A stretch of 64,000 nucleotides of DNA. Origin: Christensenellaceae bacterium (lineage in GTDB: Bacteria; Bacillota; Clostridia; Christensenellales; Borkfalkiaceae). Positions 7,258 to 17,232 of the stretch are shown here, in pieces. Every line of letters starts with the position of its first letter. Within the stretch, counting starts at the first letter, position 1. A model generated the notes under the pieces. The model did not search any database. It was given only the letters and a program-made list of their open reading frames with translations, and was not told where the DNA came from. The stretch spans positions 14,374 to 78,373 of the forward strand of contig JAZSJZ010000006.1 of assembly GCA_045534575.1 (NCBI GenBank). The letters are read 5' to 3'. The translations under genes and the position numbers were made by a program.

Positions 7258-9522
7258 ATGTCAACAGTATCTCGCGAAAAACTTTTAGAAGTTGCCAAGC
7301 GCATAAAAGAAATGCGCCTCATTTTTGGTTACACTTTTGATGATATGGCAAAGCTTACCGACGTTTCCGTTAAAGAGTTTAGAGAACTAGAAAGCGGAAA
7401 GGTAGATTTCCCTTTTTCATTTATTCATAAGTGTGCGCAAGCCTTCAACATTGGCATTACCGACCTTTTGGAAGGTAGAAGCGCCAATCTTTCTACATAT
7501 ACCGTCATAAGGCGTGGTCAAGGTCAAGAAACGGCTAAAGAAAAGGGCATTGAAATTAAAAACCTTGCTCCTAACTTTAGAGATAAACTTTCTCAGCCTT
7601 ACTTTGTTAAATACGAAGCCGCAAAAGACGAAACTGCGCCTATCAACCTTGCAACTCACTCAGGGCAAGAGTTTGACTTTGTTTTAAAGGGCAAGTTAAA
7701 GGTTCAAATCGGCGGGCACGTTGAAGTTTTAGGTGAGGGCGATAGCATATATTATAATAGTTCGCAACCGCACGGGATGATTGCTATCGGCGGGGAAGAC
7801 TGTGAGTTCTTAGCCGTTGTTTTAGCAGGCGAAGAAATCAAGGAAGAGAACGAAAGAGAAATAATCGTATCGTCTAAATCCGAGCAAAAACTCGTGTGCG
7901 AGAAGTTTATCTCTACCAAAGAAGACGAAAACGGCGCGCTTGAATCAATCGAGTTTAAGAACACTGAAGTTTTCAACTTCGGCTTTGACGTGGTTGATAA
8001 AATTGCCGATAAATATCCAGATAAACTCGCGCTTTTGCACCTTGATAAAAACAAGGTTGAAAGAAGGTTTACCTTTAAAGATATTAAGCGCCTTTCAAAT
8101 CAAGTGGCTAACTATTTCACCTCGCTTGGCATTAAGCGTGGCGATAAGGTTATGCTCGTTTTAAAACGCCACTATCAATTCTGGCCTATCATGGTTGCTC
8201 TTCATAAACTCGGCGCGGTGGCAATTCCTGCAACCAATCAGTTAAAAAAGCACGATTTTGAATACCGTTTCAATGCTGCGGGCGTTAAGGCTATCGTTTG
8301 CACTGCCGATGGCGACACTGCAGATATCGCTGAAGAGGCAACAAAGAGTTGCCCTCAAGTTGAGTGCAAAATTATGGTTGGCGAAACGGTAAGGCTTGGC
8401 TGGCACGATTTCAACGTTGAGAGTGCGCTTTTCACTCGTGAGTTTAAACGCACGCAAGATACTTCTTGTGGCGACGATATCGCTCTAATGTTCTTCACTT
8501 CTGGAACGACGGGCAACCCTAAAATGGCTGCGCACAAGCACACCTACGCTTTAGGGCATTTCGTAACGGCAAAATATTGGCACTGTTGCGAAAGAGACGG
8601 GCTTCATCTCACTATTTCGGATACGGGCTGGGGCAAATCGCTTTGGGGCAAACTTTACGGGCAATGGCTTTGCGAGGGCGCTGTGTTCGTTTACGATTTT
8701 GATAAATTTGACGAAAACGATATTTTGCCAATGTTTGCTAAATATCAAATCACCACGTTCTGCGCTCCGCCAACTATGCTTAGGATGCTTATTCGTGGCG
8801 ATTTATCTAAGTTCGATTTAACTTCTATCCACCATATGACGACTGCTGGCGAGGCGTTAAACCCAGAAGTTTTCAAGCAGTTCAAGAACGCTACGGGCTT
8901 AGAAATTATGGAAGGCTTTGGTCAAACCGAAACGACGCTCACCATTGCAAACCTTGTTGGCGGTGCGCCAAAGATTGGCTCAATGGGCAAGGCTTCACCG
9001 CAGTATGATATCGATATTATTGACGCTGAAGGTAAATCCGTTGCAACGGGCGAGGTTGGCGAAATCGTTATAAGAACTAGCAACGGCGCGCCTTGCGGTC
9101 TGTTTAAAGAATATTATCTTGACGACGAGAAAACTAGCGAAGCGTGGTATGACGGCGTTTATCACACCGGCGATACCGCTTGGCGTGATGAAGATGGCTA
9201 TTTCTTCTACGTTAGCCGTATTGATGATGTTATCAAATCTTCAGGTTATAGAATCGGGCCTTTCGAAATCGAAAGCGTTATTATGGAACTTCCTTACGTT
9301 GTTGAGTGTGGTGTTTCTGCCGTTCCAGACGAAGTTCGCGGTCAAGTGGTTAAGGCTAGCATCGTTCTAACCAAAGGCACTGAGCCAACTGAAGAGTTGA
9401 AAAAGGAAATTCAAAATTACGTAAAAAAGAACACCGCGCCTTATAAATATCCGCGCGTTATCGTGTTCAAAGACGAACTTCCAAAAACCATTAGCGGAAA
9501 AATTCAACGCAATAAACTTTAA
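7258..9522 (+). CDS. fusion protein: XRE-type HTH + cupin + AMP-forming acyl-CoA synthetase (ANL family)
   Basis: 754 aa. N-terminal HTH (FGYTFDDMAKLTDVSVKEFRELESGK), cupin (HSGQEFDFVLKGK...PHGM), then FFTSGTTGNPK, GFGQTETT, YHTGDTA, PKTISGKIQR adenylate-forming motifs. AAGGAG RBS. Confidence 0.85.
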   Translation: MSTVSREKLLEVAKRIKEMRLIFGYTFDDMAKLTDVSVKEFRELESGKVDFPFSFIHKCAQAFNIGITDLLEGRSANLSTYTVIRRGQGQETAKEKGIEIKNLAPNFRDKLSQPYFVKYEAAKDETAPINLATHSGQEFDFVLKGKLKVQIGGHVEVLGEGDSIYYNSSQPHGMIAIGGEDCEFLAVVLAGEEIKEENEREIIVSSKSEQKLVCEKFISTKEDENGALESIEFKNTEVFNFGFDVVDKIADKYPDKLALLHLDKNKVERRFTFKDIKRLSNQVANYFTSLGIKRGDKVMLVLKRHYQFWPIMVALHKLGAVAIPATNQLKKHDFEYRFNAAGVKAIVCTADGDTADIAEEATKSCPQVECKIMVGETVRLGWHDFNVESALFTREFKRTQDTSCGDDIALMFFTSGTTGNPKMAAHKHTYALGHFVTAKYWHCCERDGLHLTISDTGWGKSLWGKLYGQWLCEGAVFVYDFDKFDENDILPMFAKYQITTFCAPPTMLRMLIRGDLSKFDLTSIHHMTTAGEALNPEVFKQFKNATGLEIMEGFGQTETTLTIANLVGGAPKIGSMGKASPQYDIDIIDAEGKSVATGEVGEIVIRTSNGAPCGLFKEYYLDDEKTSEAWYDGVYHTGDTAWRDEDGYFFYVSRIDDVIKSSGYRIGPFEIESVIMELPYVVECGVSAVPDEVRGQVVKASIVLTKGTEPTEELKKEIQNYVKKNTAPYKYPRVIVFKDELPKTISGKIQRNKL

Positions 9523-9526
9523 TAAT

Positions 9527-10957
9527 ATGAAAAAAACTTTTGTTACGAATATGCCCAATCATATAGGAGCATTCTTGAAGGCGAGCAAATGTTTTTCTAA
9601 ATTAGGTGTAAATATAACCAGAGTAAGCTACAACAAAGCGGTTGATTCGCATACTTTATTTATCGACGTTGATGGTGAAGAAAACGCGCTTGAGAAAGCA
9701 ACGGAAATGTTAAATAAAATAGGCTATCTTTCAAACGAACAACAAAAAAGCAAGGTGGTTTTAATTGAGTTTCGTTTGAAAGATTGTCCCGGTAGCGTTA
9801 CTGCTGTTTTAGAACTTATAAGTAAGTTTAACCTTAATATTTCGTATATCAGTTCTCAAGAAAACGGAAGTGGCTATCAGTTTTTCAAGATGGGTTTATA
9901 CGTTAGCGATTCATTAACTTTAACTGAATTTTTGGCGCAAGCTCAAATGCTTTGTCAGGTTAGAATTGTGGATTATAATAATACTGAAAAGGTTTTTGAT
10001 AATAGCATATTCTATAACACATACGTAGATGGGCTTGTAAAAACAATGAAGCTTTCATCAAAAATGAAAGAAAGTTTATTAGTTAACGTTAATCTTGCAA
10101 TGCAAACACTTGATGAAACTGGGCTTTCACCATATAAAACTTTTGACAGTATAAGTAAATTTGCAGAACTTTTAGCAGAATGCAGAGGAAAAAACTTTAA
10201 CCCTAGAATAACTGAGCACATTATTACTGAAAAGACCAAGATAACTTTGATAGAGCCTGATTGCGGTAGTAATATGGCAATTATAGAAAGCGACGGCGAA
10301 AGGGTTTTCGTCGATTCTGGTTATGCTTGTTATCGACAAGAAATGCTTAAACTGTTGAAACGATTGGTTCCTGACTTTAACAAAGAGAAAATTGTTGTAA
10401 CTCACGCCGACGTTGACCATTGTGGGCTATTAAACGAGTTTAGCGAGGTTATTACAAGTCAAAGAACAGCAGAATGTTTGATTGCGGAAGCCGAAAATAA
10501 TGAAGGCTTTAGAGAAAACAATGCGTTACACAAGCCTTACGTTAATATCTGCAAGATTTTGACTGGTTATAAGCCTATAGATAGGTCAAAATTGCGTCCG
10601 CAATGGAACAAATCAAAGTTCAATTTAGATATAGAACAAATAGGTTTTTTTTCAGTTGGAGAGCTTTGTTTTGAGGTTTACGAAGGCAAGGGAGGGCATC
10701 TTTTAGGAGAAATTGTGCTTATTGATTTTAAGCACAAGGTTGCATTTACTGGTGATATTTTTATAAATTTAAACGATTTAACGAAAAAACAAGCTGAATA
10801 TAATAAATATGCTCCTATTTTAATGACTTCGGTTGATACAAATTCTAATCTTTGCGCGCAAGAGCGCATTTCTTTTCTACAAAGATTAGGCGCTGGAACG
10901 TGGAATATATTTGGTGGCCACGGACAAAAAAAGATATATCAAACACAAAAAATATAA
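9527..10957 (+). CDS. tandem ACT-domain protein fused to an MBL-fold hydrolase domain
   Basis: 476 aa. Two ACT-like beta-alpha-beta-beta-alpha-beta units at the N-terminus (HIGAFLKASKCFSKLGVNI; CPGSVTAVLELISKFNLNI). C-terminal MBL fold has THADVDHCG in place of canonical HxHxDH. Starts 4 nt after the upstream stop. Confidence 0.7.
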   Translation: MKKTFVTNMPNHIGAFLKASKCFSKLGVNITRVSYNKAVDSHTLFIDVDGEENALEKATEMLNKIGYLSNEQQKSKVVLIEFRLKDCPGSVTAVLELISKFNLNISYISSQENGSGYQFFKMGLYVSDSLTLTEFLAQAQMLCQVRIVDYNNTEKVFDNSIFYNTYVDGLVKTMKLSSKMKESLLVNVNLAMQTLDETGLSPYKTFDSISKFAELLAECRGKNFNPRITEHIITEKTKITLIEPDCGSNMAIIESDGERVFVDSGYACYRQEMLKLLKRLVPDFNKEKIVVTHADVDHCGLLNEFSEVITSQRTAECLIAEAENNEGFRENNALHKPYVNICKILTGYKPIDRSKLRPQWNKSKFNLDIEQIGFFSVGELCFEVYEGKGGHLLGEIVLIDFKHKVAFTGDIFINLNDLTKKQAEYNKYAPILMTSVDTNSNLCAQERISFLQRLGAGTWNIFGGHGQKKIYQTQKI

Positions 10958-11045
10958 TAGTAAACGTAAGCTAAAAAAATTTTTTTGTTAAATATTGTGG
11001 CGTTTTTTACCCTCAATATATTATAAAAACTAAAGCAAAAATCGT

Positions 11046-11063
11046 CGATAATCGACCTATAGC
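11046..11063 (+). repeat. intergenic repeat copy d (CGATAATCGACCTATAGC)
   Basis: Subtype 2 core, preceded by GCAAAAATCGT and overlapping the following terminator stem. Confidence 0.75.
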
Positions 11064-11093
11064 CCCGCTTTTTTGCTAAAAGCGGGGCTTTTT
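11061..11093 (+). terminator. intrinsic terminator of the T-box operon
   Basis: AGCCCCGCTTTT/AAAAGCGGGGCT stem followed by TTTTT. Confidence 0.75.
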
Positions 11094-11314
11094 CGTGCGT
11101 AAATTTTCATTTTTTAAAACGGGAAACCCAAAAAATGCTCGCAAATTAAATTCAAACGGCAAATAAATTTTATATCAAAGGCTATTTCAAAATGTTGTCA
11201 AAATTTATATCTATCATAATTCCCCGCCCAAAATCTTACAGCGCAAAAAAATTGTAGATTTTTGCTTTTTGTCAGTTTTCTATTGACTTTTGTCACGTTG
11301 TAATATAAAATGTG

Positions 11315-11335
11315 TTATGTAATATTATTACATAA
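11315..11335. promoter_or_regulatory. 21-bp perfect palindrome in the glycan-locus leader (candidate operator or 5'-UTR hairpin)
   Basis: TTATGTAATA-T-TATTACATAA, 10-bp perfect arms, just downstream of a TTGACT-17-TAAAAT promoter-like sequence (11283-11311). Confidence 0.3.
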
Positions 11336-11420
11336 TGACAAAATAGCGTTATGAATATCATTTAACGTTTAGTCATGCAACGGAAAAATAAAGAAGTTTT
11401 AAGGAGAAAAGTCTTAGATT

Positions 11421-12185
11421 ATGACTAATGAAAAAACTTACAAGTTGAAATTTGGACAAAAGATTTATCGTTTCATTAAAGCGATGATGGATTTTCTAAT
11501 TGCTTTAGTGGCGTTAATTGTTTTATCGCCAGTGTTTTTAATCGTAGCAATTGCAATAAAAATTGATTCTCGTGGTCCCGTTTTCTTCGTTCAAAAAAGA
11601 ATAGGTAAAAACGGAAAACTATTTAATTGCATTAAGTTTAGAAGCATGTCAGTTGAAGCACGTCATGACGTTGCTGGCTACGAATATGCTAACGTTACGG
11701 CGTATATCACGAAGGTTGGTAAGGTTATTAGAAAGTTGAGTATCGACGAATTGCCTCAATTTATAAACATTTTAACCTTTAAAATGAGTTTGATTGGTTA
11801 TAGACCATCGCAACCAACGGAGAACGAATTGAACGATGCTCGTGAAAGTTACGACGTATATCAAGTTCGTCCTGGTATTTCTGGCTGGGCTCAAGTTAAT
11901 GGTAGAGACGTTTTAGCGGCAAACCCAAAGAAAAAAGCGCAGTTTGATGCTTACTATTTAGAGCATTTTTCGCTATGGTTAGATATTAAAATATTCTTCA
12001 AGACGATAATCCAAGTTTTCAAGAGCGAAGGCGTGGAAGAGGGCGTAATTAACAACGAGCAAGAAGATGACGCCACTAATGCTAGCCAAGAACCTGCGAG
12101 CATTGAAGAAGTGGCAATTACCGATTCCGTAACAACCGAAATTATCGACACCCTCGAAAGTGACGAAAAAAAAGAAGTCGTTTAA
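11421..12185 (+). CDS. initiating sugar-phosphate transferase (bacterial sugar transferase family, WbaP/EpsL-like)
   Basis: One N-terminal TM, then SRGPVFFVQKRIGKNGKLFNCIKFRSM, DELPQFINIL, RPGISGWAQVNGR motifs. Confidence 0.85.
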   Translation: MTNEKTYKLKFGQKIYRFIKAMMDFLIALVALIVLSPVFLIVAIAIKIDSRGPVFFVQKRIGKNGKLFNCIKFRSMSVEARHDVAGYEYANVTAYITKVGKVIRKLSIDELPQFINILTFKMSLIGYRPSQPTENELNDARESYDVYQVRPGISGWAQVNGRDVLAANPKKKAQFDAYYLEHFSLWLDIKIFFKTIIQVFKSEGVEEGVINNEQEDDATNASQEPASIEEVAITDSVTTEIIDTLESDEKKEVV

Positions 12186-12270
12186 CTAACAGCGTTTAAA
12201 GCGGTGAAATTATTTAATTAAATTTTAGCCGAATAAACTCTAAAAAGCAAAAACAATAGGGAGCAAAACT

Positions 12271-13032
12271 ATGGATAGTAAAATGGAACAAGATTTAGTT
12301 TCAATTATCATGCCTAATTACAACGGCGGAAAATACATTGAAGAAACGGTAAAAAGTATATTTTTCCAAACGTATCAAAATTGGGAACTATTATTCGTGG
12401 ATGATTGCTCCACAGATAATTCTTTAGATGTGATTAGATCTTTTAACGACGAAAGAATTAAGGTTTTTCAAAACGGTGTTAATAGCGGGGCGGCGGTTAG
12501 TAGAAATTACGCTTTGAAAATGGCAAAAGGAAGGTGGATTGCTTTTTTGGATAGCGATGATTTATGGGCGCCTGAAAAGTTAGAAAAACAAATAGCGTTT
12601 ATGCAAAGCAACGATATTGCGTTTTCTTACACGGATTATGATGTTATTGATGAAAATAATGAGATTATTTCAACTTTCAAACCTCGTCTTGATGTTTGCT
12701 CTTACAAAGACATATTAAAGCATAATCATATCGGTTGCTTGACGGTTGTTTGCGATTCAAAAAAGATAGGCGAAATTATAATGCCAACCGAAGCAATAAA
12801 AAGAGAAGATATGGCTTGTTGGTTGAGGATCTTGAAAACTGGAACAAAAGCGTTTTGTCTTCATGAATCTTTGGCTCAATATAAAGTGCACTCTAATTCC
12901 GTATCGTCTAACAAATTGAAAATGATTAAATTTCAATGGCGAGTGTATAGAAAAGTTGAAAAAATCAACTTTTTTAGTGCCTTATACTACATGATGTGCT
13001 GGGCGTTTTCTGGTCTAAAAAAATACAAATAA
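12271..13032 (+). CDS. glycosyltransferase family 2
   Basis: VSIIMPNYNGGKYIEETVKSI...FVDDCSTDNS...FLDSDDLW (GT-A fold, DxD). Confidence 0.85.
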   Translation: MDSKMEQDLVSIIMPNYNGGKYIEETVKSIFFQTYQNWELLFVDDCSTDNSLDVIRSFNDERIKVFQNGVNSGAAVSRNYALKMAKGRWIAFLDSDDLWAPEKLEKQIAFMQSNDIAFSYTDYDVIDENNEIISTFKPRLDVCSYKDILKHNHIGCLTVVCDSKKIGEIIMPTEAIKREDMACWLRILKTGTKAFCLHESLAQYKVHSNSVSSNKLKMIKFQWRVYRKVEKINFFSALYYMMCWAFSGLKKYK

Positions 13033-13053
13033 TAACTTAAAGGAGTAAAGAAG

Positions 13054-13836
13054 TTGGGAGTTCAAGTTTTAGTTGTAACGATGAATCAACAAGGGGCAGC
13101 TTTGTTGGAGAAAATGAATATTCGCTCTGACGTAATAGTTGGTAACCAATGCGATATAAATAGCATTGAGGAGTTTGATTATAGAAACAAAAATGTTAAA
13201 TTCCTTAACTTTGCTGAGCGTGGTGTTGGGTTAAATAGAAACAATACTTTAATGAGGGCCGATGGCGACATTGTTTTATTTGCCGACGACGACGTTGTTT
13301 ACAATGACGATTACGTAGAAAAAGTGGAGGCTTTTTACAAAGAGAATCCTAATGCTGATGTTGCTATTTTTAATTTTGAAACTTCGCGAGGTGATGAGCC
13401 TTTGCAAGATATAGTAACAAAAACTGAAAGAATAAATAAGGTAAAAGCCAGAAAATACGGAACTTTTTGTGTGTCAGCAAGAAGAGATTCGCTAAGAAAG
13501 GCAAACATATATTTTCACTTATTGTTTGGTGGCGGAGCGAAATATAGTTGCGGTGAAGATACCATATTTTTACAGGACTGTTTTAAAGCTGGATTGAAAG
13601 TTTATACTTGCAAAGAGACTTTGGGGCAAGTAAGGCATGGAGAATCAACGTGGTTTTCAGGTTATAATGAAAAATATTTCATCGACAAAGGTGTTTTATT
13701 TTATTTTATAAACAAAAAAACTGCGAAAATTTTTGCTTTGGCGCATTGTTTGCGTTACAGAAAAGAGTATAAAGACTTTGGTTGGAAAAAAGCATATAAG
13801 TTAATAAAAAGAGGAATCAAAGAAGCAAAGGAATAG
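13054..13836 (+). CDS. glycosyltransferase (GT-A fold)
   Basis: 260 aa, VLFADDDVVY DxD-like motif, position in the glycan locus; TTG start as in track. Confidence 0.55.
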   Translation: MGVQVLVVTMNQQGAALLEKMNIRSDVIVGNQCDINSIEEFDYRNKNVKFLNFAERGVGLNRNNTLMRADGDIVLFADDDVVYNDDYVEKVEAFYKENPNADVAIFNFETSRGDEPLQDIVTKTERINKVKARKYGTFCVSARRDSLRKANIYFHLLFGGGAKYSCGEDTIFLQDCFKAGLKVYTCKETLGQVRHGESTWFSGYNEKYFIDKGVLFYFINKKTAKIFALAHCLRYRKEYKDFGWKKAYKLIKRGIKEAKE

Positions 13837-13854
13837 TTATCGAAAGGTGAAATT

Positions 13855-14952
13855 GTGAAAAAAGTTATGTTTTTAATGACTCATCTTGGCGGAGTAGGCT
13901 GGGGTGGTGCGCATAAAATTACAGCTATGCTTGCAAATTTTCTTGCTGAAAATGGGTATGATGTTTCCATTGCGGTATCTCAAAAAAGTCGCATTGACTT
14001 TGAAATAAACAAAAACATAAAATTGTTTTACCTAGACGAACTTTTCAAAAGACCTAAATTTAGACCATTTTATTTTTTGAAGAAATTAGCAACGTTTCGT
14101 AAGTTATGCAAATCTCAAAAAATTGATTACGTTGTAGGATTTATTTCGAGCGTAGCGATATATTCTATACTTGCATGTGTGTTTTCAAAGAGAAAAGTAT
14201 TGGTTTCAGAAAGAACTGATCCGCACTTTGAGCCGAGCAAAAAGGTGTTAAGAGGGCTAAGAAATTTAGTTTTTTGTTTTGCTGACAAAATAGTTTTTCA
14301 AACGCCAGGCGCAAGAGATTATTATCCTAAAATTGTAAGGAAAAAGAGTTCTATAATTCCTAATCCAATATCAGATTCTTTACCTGAACCATATTTTGGC
14401 GAAAGGCAAAAGAAAATTGTTAATTTTTGCAGAATTGCGCCACAAAAGAATTTAAAGGTATTGTTAGAAGCATTTGATATCTTTTCAAAAACTCACCAAG
14501 ATTTTATTCTTGAAATTTATGGTGACGGGAAAGAGGGAAGTGATTACGTTGAGTCTGTTAAAAATTACGCTAAAAGTTTAAGTTCTTGCGATAAAATTTG
14601 TTTTTACCCAGCGTGTTCGGACGTTCATGAAAAAATAAAAGACGCAACGGCTTTCGCTTCTTCATCAGATTATGAGGGAATATCAAATTCTATGTTAGAG
14701 GCGTTGGCGATAGGCTTGCCCGTTATTGTTACCGATTGTCAAAACGGGGGCGAGCGAATGTGCATTGAAAATGGCAAAAGCGGAATAATTGTTCAAAGGC
14801 AAAATCCAGAAGAATTAGCTGAAGGATTGGCAAAAATAGCTGATGATAAAGAGTTTTCTGAGTTAATTTCTAAAAATGCGATTGAAATAAGAGAAAAGTT
14901 TTCGAAAGACAAAATATTTGATTTATGGGCTAAGACTTTTGAGAACTTGTAA
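13855..14952 (+). CDS. glycosyltransferase family 4 (GT-B fold)
   Basis: C-terminal SSSDYEGISNSMLEALAIGLPVIVTD matches the E(x7)E GT4 signature. Confidence 0.85.
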   Translation: MKKVMFLMTHLGGVGWGGAHKITAMLANFLAENGYDVSIAVSQKSRIDFEINKNIKLFYLDELFKRPKFRPFYFLKKLATFRKLCKSQKIDYVVGFISSVAIYSILACVFSKRKVLVSERTDPHFEPSKKVLRGLRNLVFCFADKIVFQTPGARDYYPKIVRKKSSIIPNPISDSLPEPYFGERQKKIVNFCRIAPQKNLKVLLEAFDIFSKTHQDFILEIYGDGKEGSDYVESVKNYAKSLSSCDKICFYPACSDVHEKIKDATAFASSSDYEGISNSMLEALAIGLPVIVTDCQNGGERMCIENGKSGIIVQRQNPEELAEGLAKIADDKEFSELISKNAIEIREKFSKDKIFDLWAKTFENL

Positions 14953-14991
14953 AATGCAAATTAGACTAAACAACAATTTGTAGGGGGCGCT

Positions 14992-16224
14992 ATGCAAAAC
15001 GTAGCAACGAATAAACTTAATATCACGGAAACGAGGAGGCGCTATAACGTTGAAGACGCGCTTTTGTTTGTCATATTAACAATAGCTTATACGATTGCTC
15101 ACAACTCACAATATTCAACTTATGCGTTATTGAGATATTCTGTTATTTTTGTAGAGTTGGGATTCTTGCTATTTTTAATATTAAAAAAGAGATTCTTAAA
15201 AATTGATTTCTTCACTATTTGGTGCGTTTTGTATTTTTTCTATTCATTGATTAGTGTTTTTTGGTGCAAAAATTTATCAATTTCTTTGGATATGATTCAA
15301 ACGCTATTGTTGATGTATCTCACGCTTATTTTAACCACGTGCGTTATTGATAACGCAAGAAGGATGAATCTAATTCTCTTTTCTAATCTTATCGCACTGT
15401 TTTTACTTGCTATTTATATCGTTAACAACATAGATTTGACAACTTTGGGTGATGAAAGAATTGGCGCAGATTCTTTAAATACGGTATGGAACGCAAATAA
15501 CATTGGAATTAAATTATGTATTGGCGTTGGTATTGCTATATATTTCCTTTTTCAATCGAAGAACTTAATTTTTAAGATTTTTTCTCTTGGGTCTGGAATA
15601 TTTATGGGATATATTACGCTATTTACAGGCTCTAGAACGGCGCTATTAATGCTTTTATTAATTGTTTTCATGTTTATAATTTTAAGTTCTAAGAGATATA
15701 GACTTTTAGCAATTATTATAGCGGTAACAGCTGTAGTAGCGTTATACTTCTTTATTATGAACAATGAATTATTGTATAACGTTTTAGGCTCACGGATGGA
15801 AGATATGATAGAAGGTCTGTTTGGTGGCAGAACAAACGAAGGGAGCTTTAATGAACGTTCTCATATGATTGAATTAGGCTTTAAGTGGTTTTTAGAAAAA
15901 CCTTTCTTCGGGTATGGAGTAAATAGTTATAGATCGCTTTATTTATTAGAGATGGGATGGGAAACATATTCGCATAATAATTTTATAGAAATGCTTGTAA
16001 ATGGTGGAATTGTAGGCTTTATTATTTACTATTCTATTTACGCTTACGTGATAGTAAAACTAATTCGTGCGTTAAGAAAAGATAGATCACTTACAATCGT
16101 TTTGCTATCAACTTTAGTTGTTTCAACGCTAATTTTACAAATTAGCCTTATTTCTTATTACGGAACCATTTATAATCTAATTCTTATGCTGGCGGTAAAT
16201 CAATTAGCCAGAGTAAAAGCCTAA
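14992..16224 (+). CDS. Wzy-like O-antigen/oligosaccharide repeat-unit polymerase (O-antigen ligase family)
   Basis: 410 aa, polytopic (10 or more TM), GSRTALLMLLL motif region and a large loop, flanked by GTs. Confidence 0.7.
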   Translation: MQNVATNKLNITETRRRYNVEDALLFVILTIAYTIAHNSQYSTYALLRYSVIFVELGFLLFLILKKRFLKIDFFTIWCVLYFFYSLISVFWCKNLSISLDMIQTLLLMYLTLILTTCVIDNARRMNLILFSNLIALFLLAIYIVNNIDLTTLGDERIGADSLNTVWNANNIGIKLCIGVGIAIYFLFQSKNLIFKIFSLGSGIFMGYITLFTGSRTALLMLLLIVFMFIILSSKRYRLLAIIIAVTAVVALYFFIMNNELLYNVLGSRMEDMIEGLFGGRTNEGSFNERSHMIELGFKWFLEKPFFGYGVNSYRSLYLLEMGWETYSHNNFIEMLVNGGIVGFIIYYSIYAYVIVKLIRALRKDRSLTIVLLSTLVVSTLILQISLISYYGTIYNLILMLAVNQLARVKA

Positions 16225-16247
16225 AAAAACAGCAAAGAGGTAATAAA

Positions 16248-17222
16248 TTGGATAATTTTGAAATTAAGGTAAGCGTAACCTTGATTGCGTATAAGCACGC
16301 GCGTTACATAGAAAGATGCTTAGATAGCATTTTAGAGCAAAAAGTTAACTTCAAATATGAAATAATAATCGCTGACGATTGTTCTAACGATGGGACCAAA
16401 GAAATTCTCTTAAAATATAAAGAAAAATATCCTGATATCATTGTTCCTATAATAAACGAGAAAAACCTTGGGGTTTCTCAAAACGGTTTGAAAGTGGCGA
16501 GAGCTTGTCGTGGAAAATATATTGCAGGAGGAGAAGGTGATGATTTTTGGACCGATCCTAATCGTTTGCAAAAGCAGGTTGATTATCTAGATTCTCACCC
16601 AGATATTGTTGCTGTAGCAAGCAATTATTATAACGTTGACCATAACGGTGAGAACCCTCAAGTCGCTTTGATGCGTTGGCAAACAAATAAAAGATATTCG
16701 TTAAAACATTTTTTAAGATATGGAATGGTTTTGCACGGGAACACTTTTTTGCGAAGGAACGTAATGCCTGTTTCTGATGAAAAATATTTAAAGTTGAAGA
16801 CCGCAGAGCCAACGATGGGGGATGTTATAAATAGAGTTTTGTTGTACGATAAGGGAGATATTTTTGTGCTTCCTGATATATTGCATGCTCATCGAAGTGG
16901 GGAAGGCAGCAAAACAAGCTTTTTCTACAGCCAAAAGGATAAGATTATAGAATATTCTTATATGTATTTTCGAATTGTGGACAACATTACAAAATATTTT
17001 GATTATAGATACAATTTGCAAGGATTAAAAGTAAATAAAGCGGCAGATATTCTTTTAAGGAAAAGGGTGTTTAAAAGAAAACATAAAATCGATAGCAAAG
17101 AAATGAAATTGTTTTTTAAATCAATTCCGTTCAGCGTTAGAGTGAAGGCGCAGTTTGTATTTTATGTAAGATTGTGGAGAAGGATGATAGGAAAAATTGG
17201 AAGAAAATTAAAATTGTATTAA
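16248..17222 (+). CDS. glycosyltransferase family 2
   Basis: VSVTLIAYKHARYIERCLDSIL...IADDCSNDGT...GEGDDFW. Confidence 0.8.
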   Translation: MDNFEIKVSVTLIAYKHARYIERCLDSILEQKVNFKYEIIIADDCSNDGTKEILLKYKEKYPDIIVPIINEKNLGVSQNGLKVARACRGKYIAGGEGDDFWTDPNRLQKQVDYLDSHPDIVAVASNYYNVDHNGENPQVALMRWQTNKRYSLKHFLRYGMVLHGNTFLRRNVMPVSDEKYLKLKTAEPTMGDVINRVLLYDKGDIFVLPDILHAHRSGEGSKTSFFYSQKDKIIEYSYMYFRIVDNITKYFDYRYNLQGLKVNKAADILLRKRVFKRKHKIDSKEMKLFFKSIPFSVRVKAQFVFYVRLWRRMIGKIGRKLKLY

Positions 17223-17232
17223 GGGTAAATTA

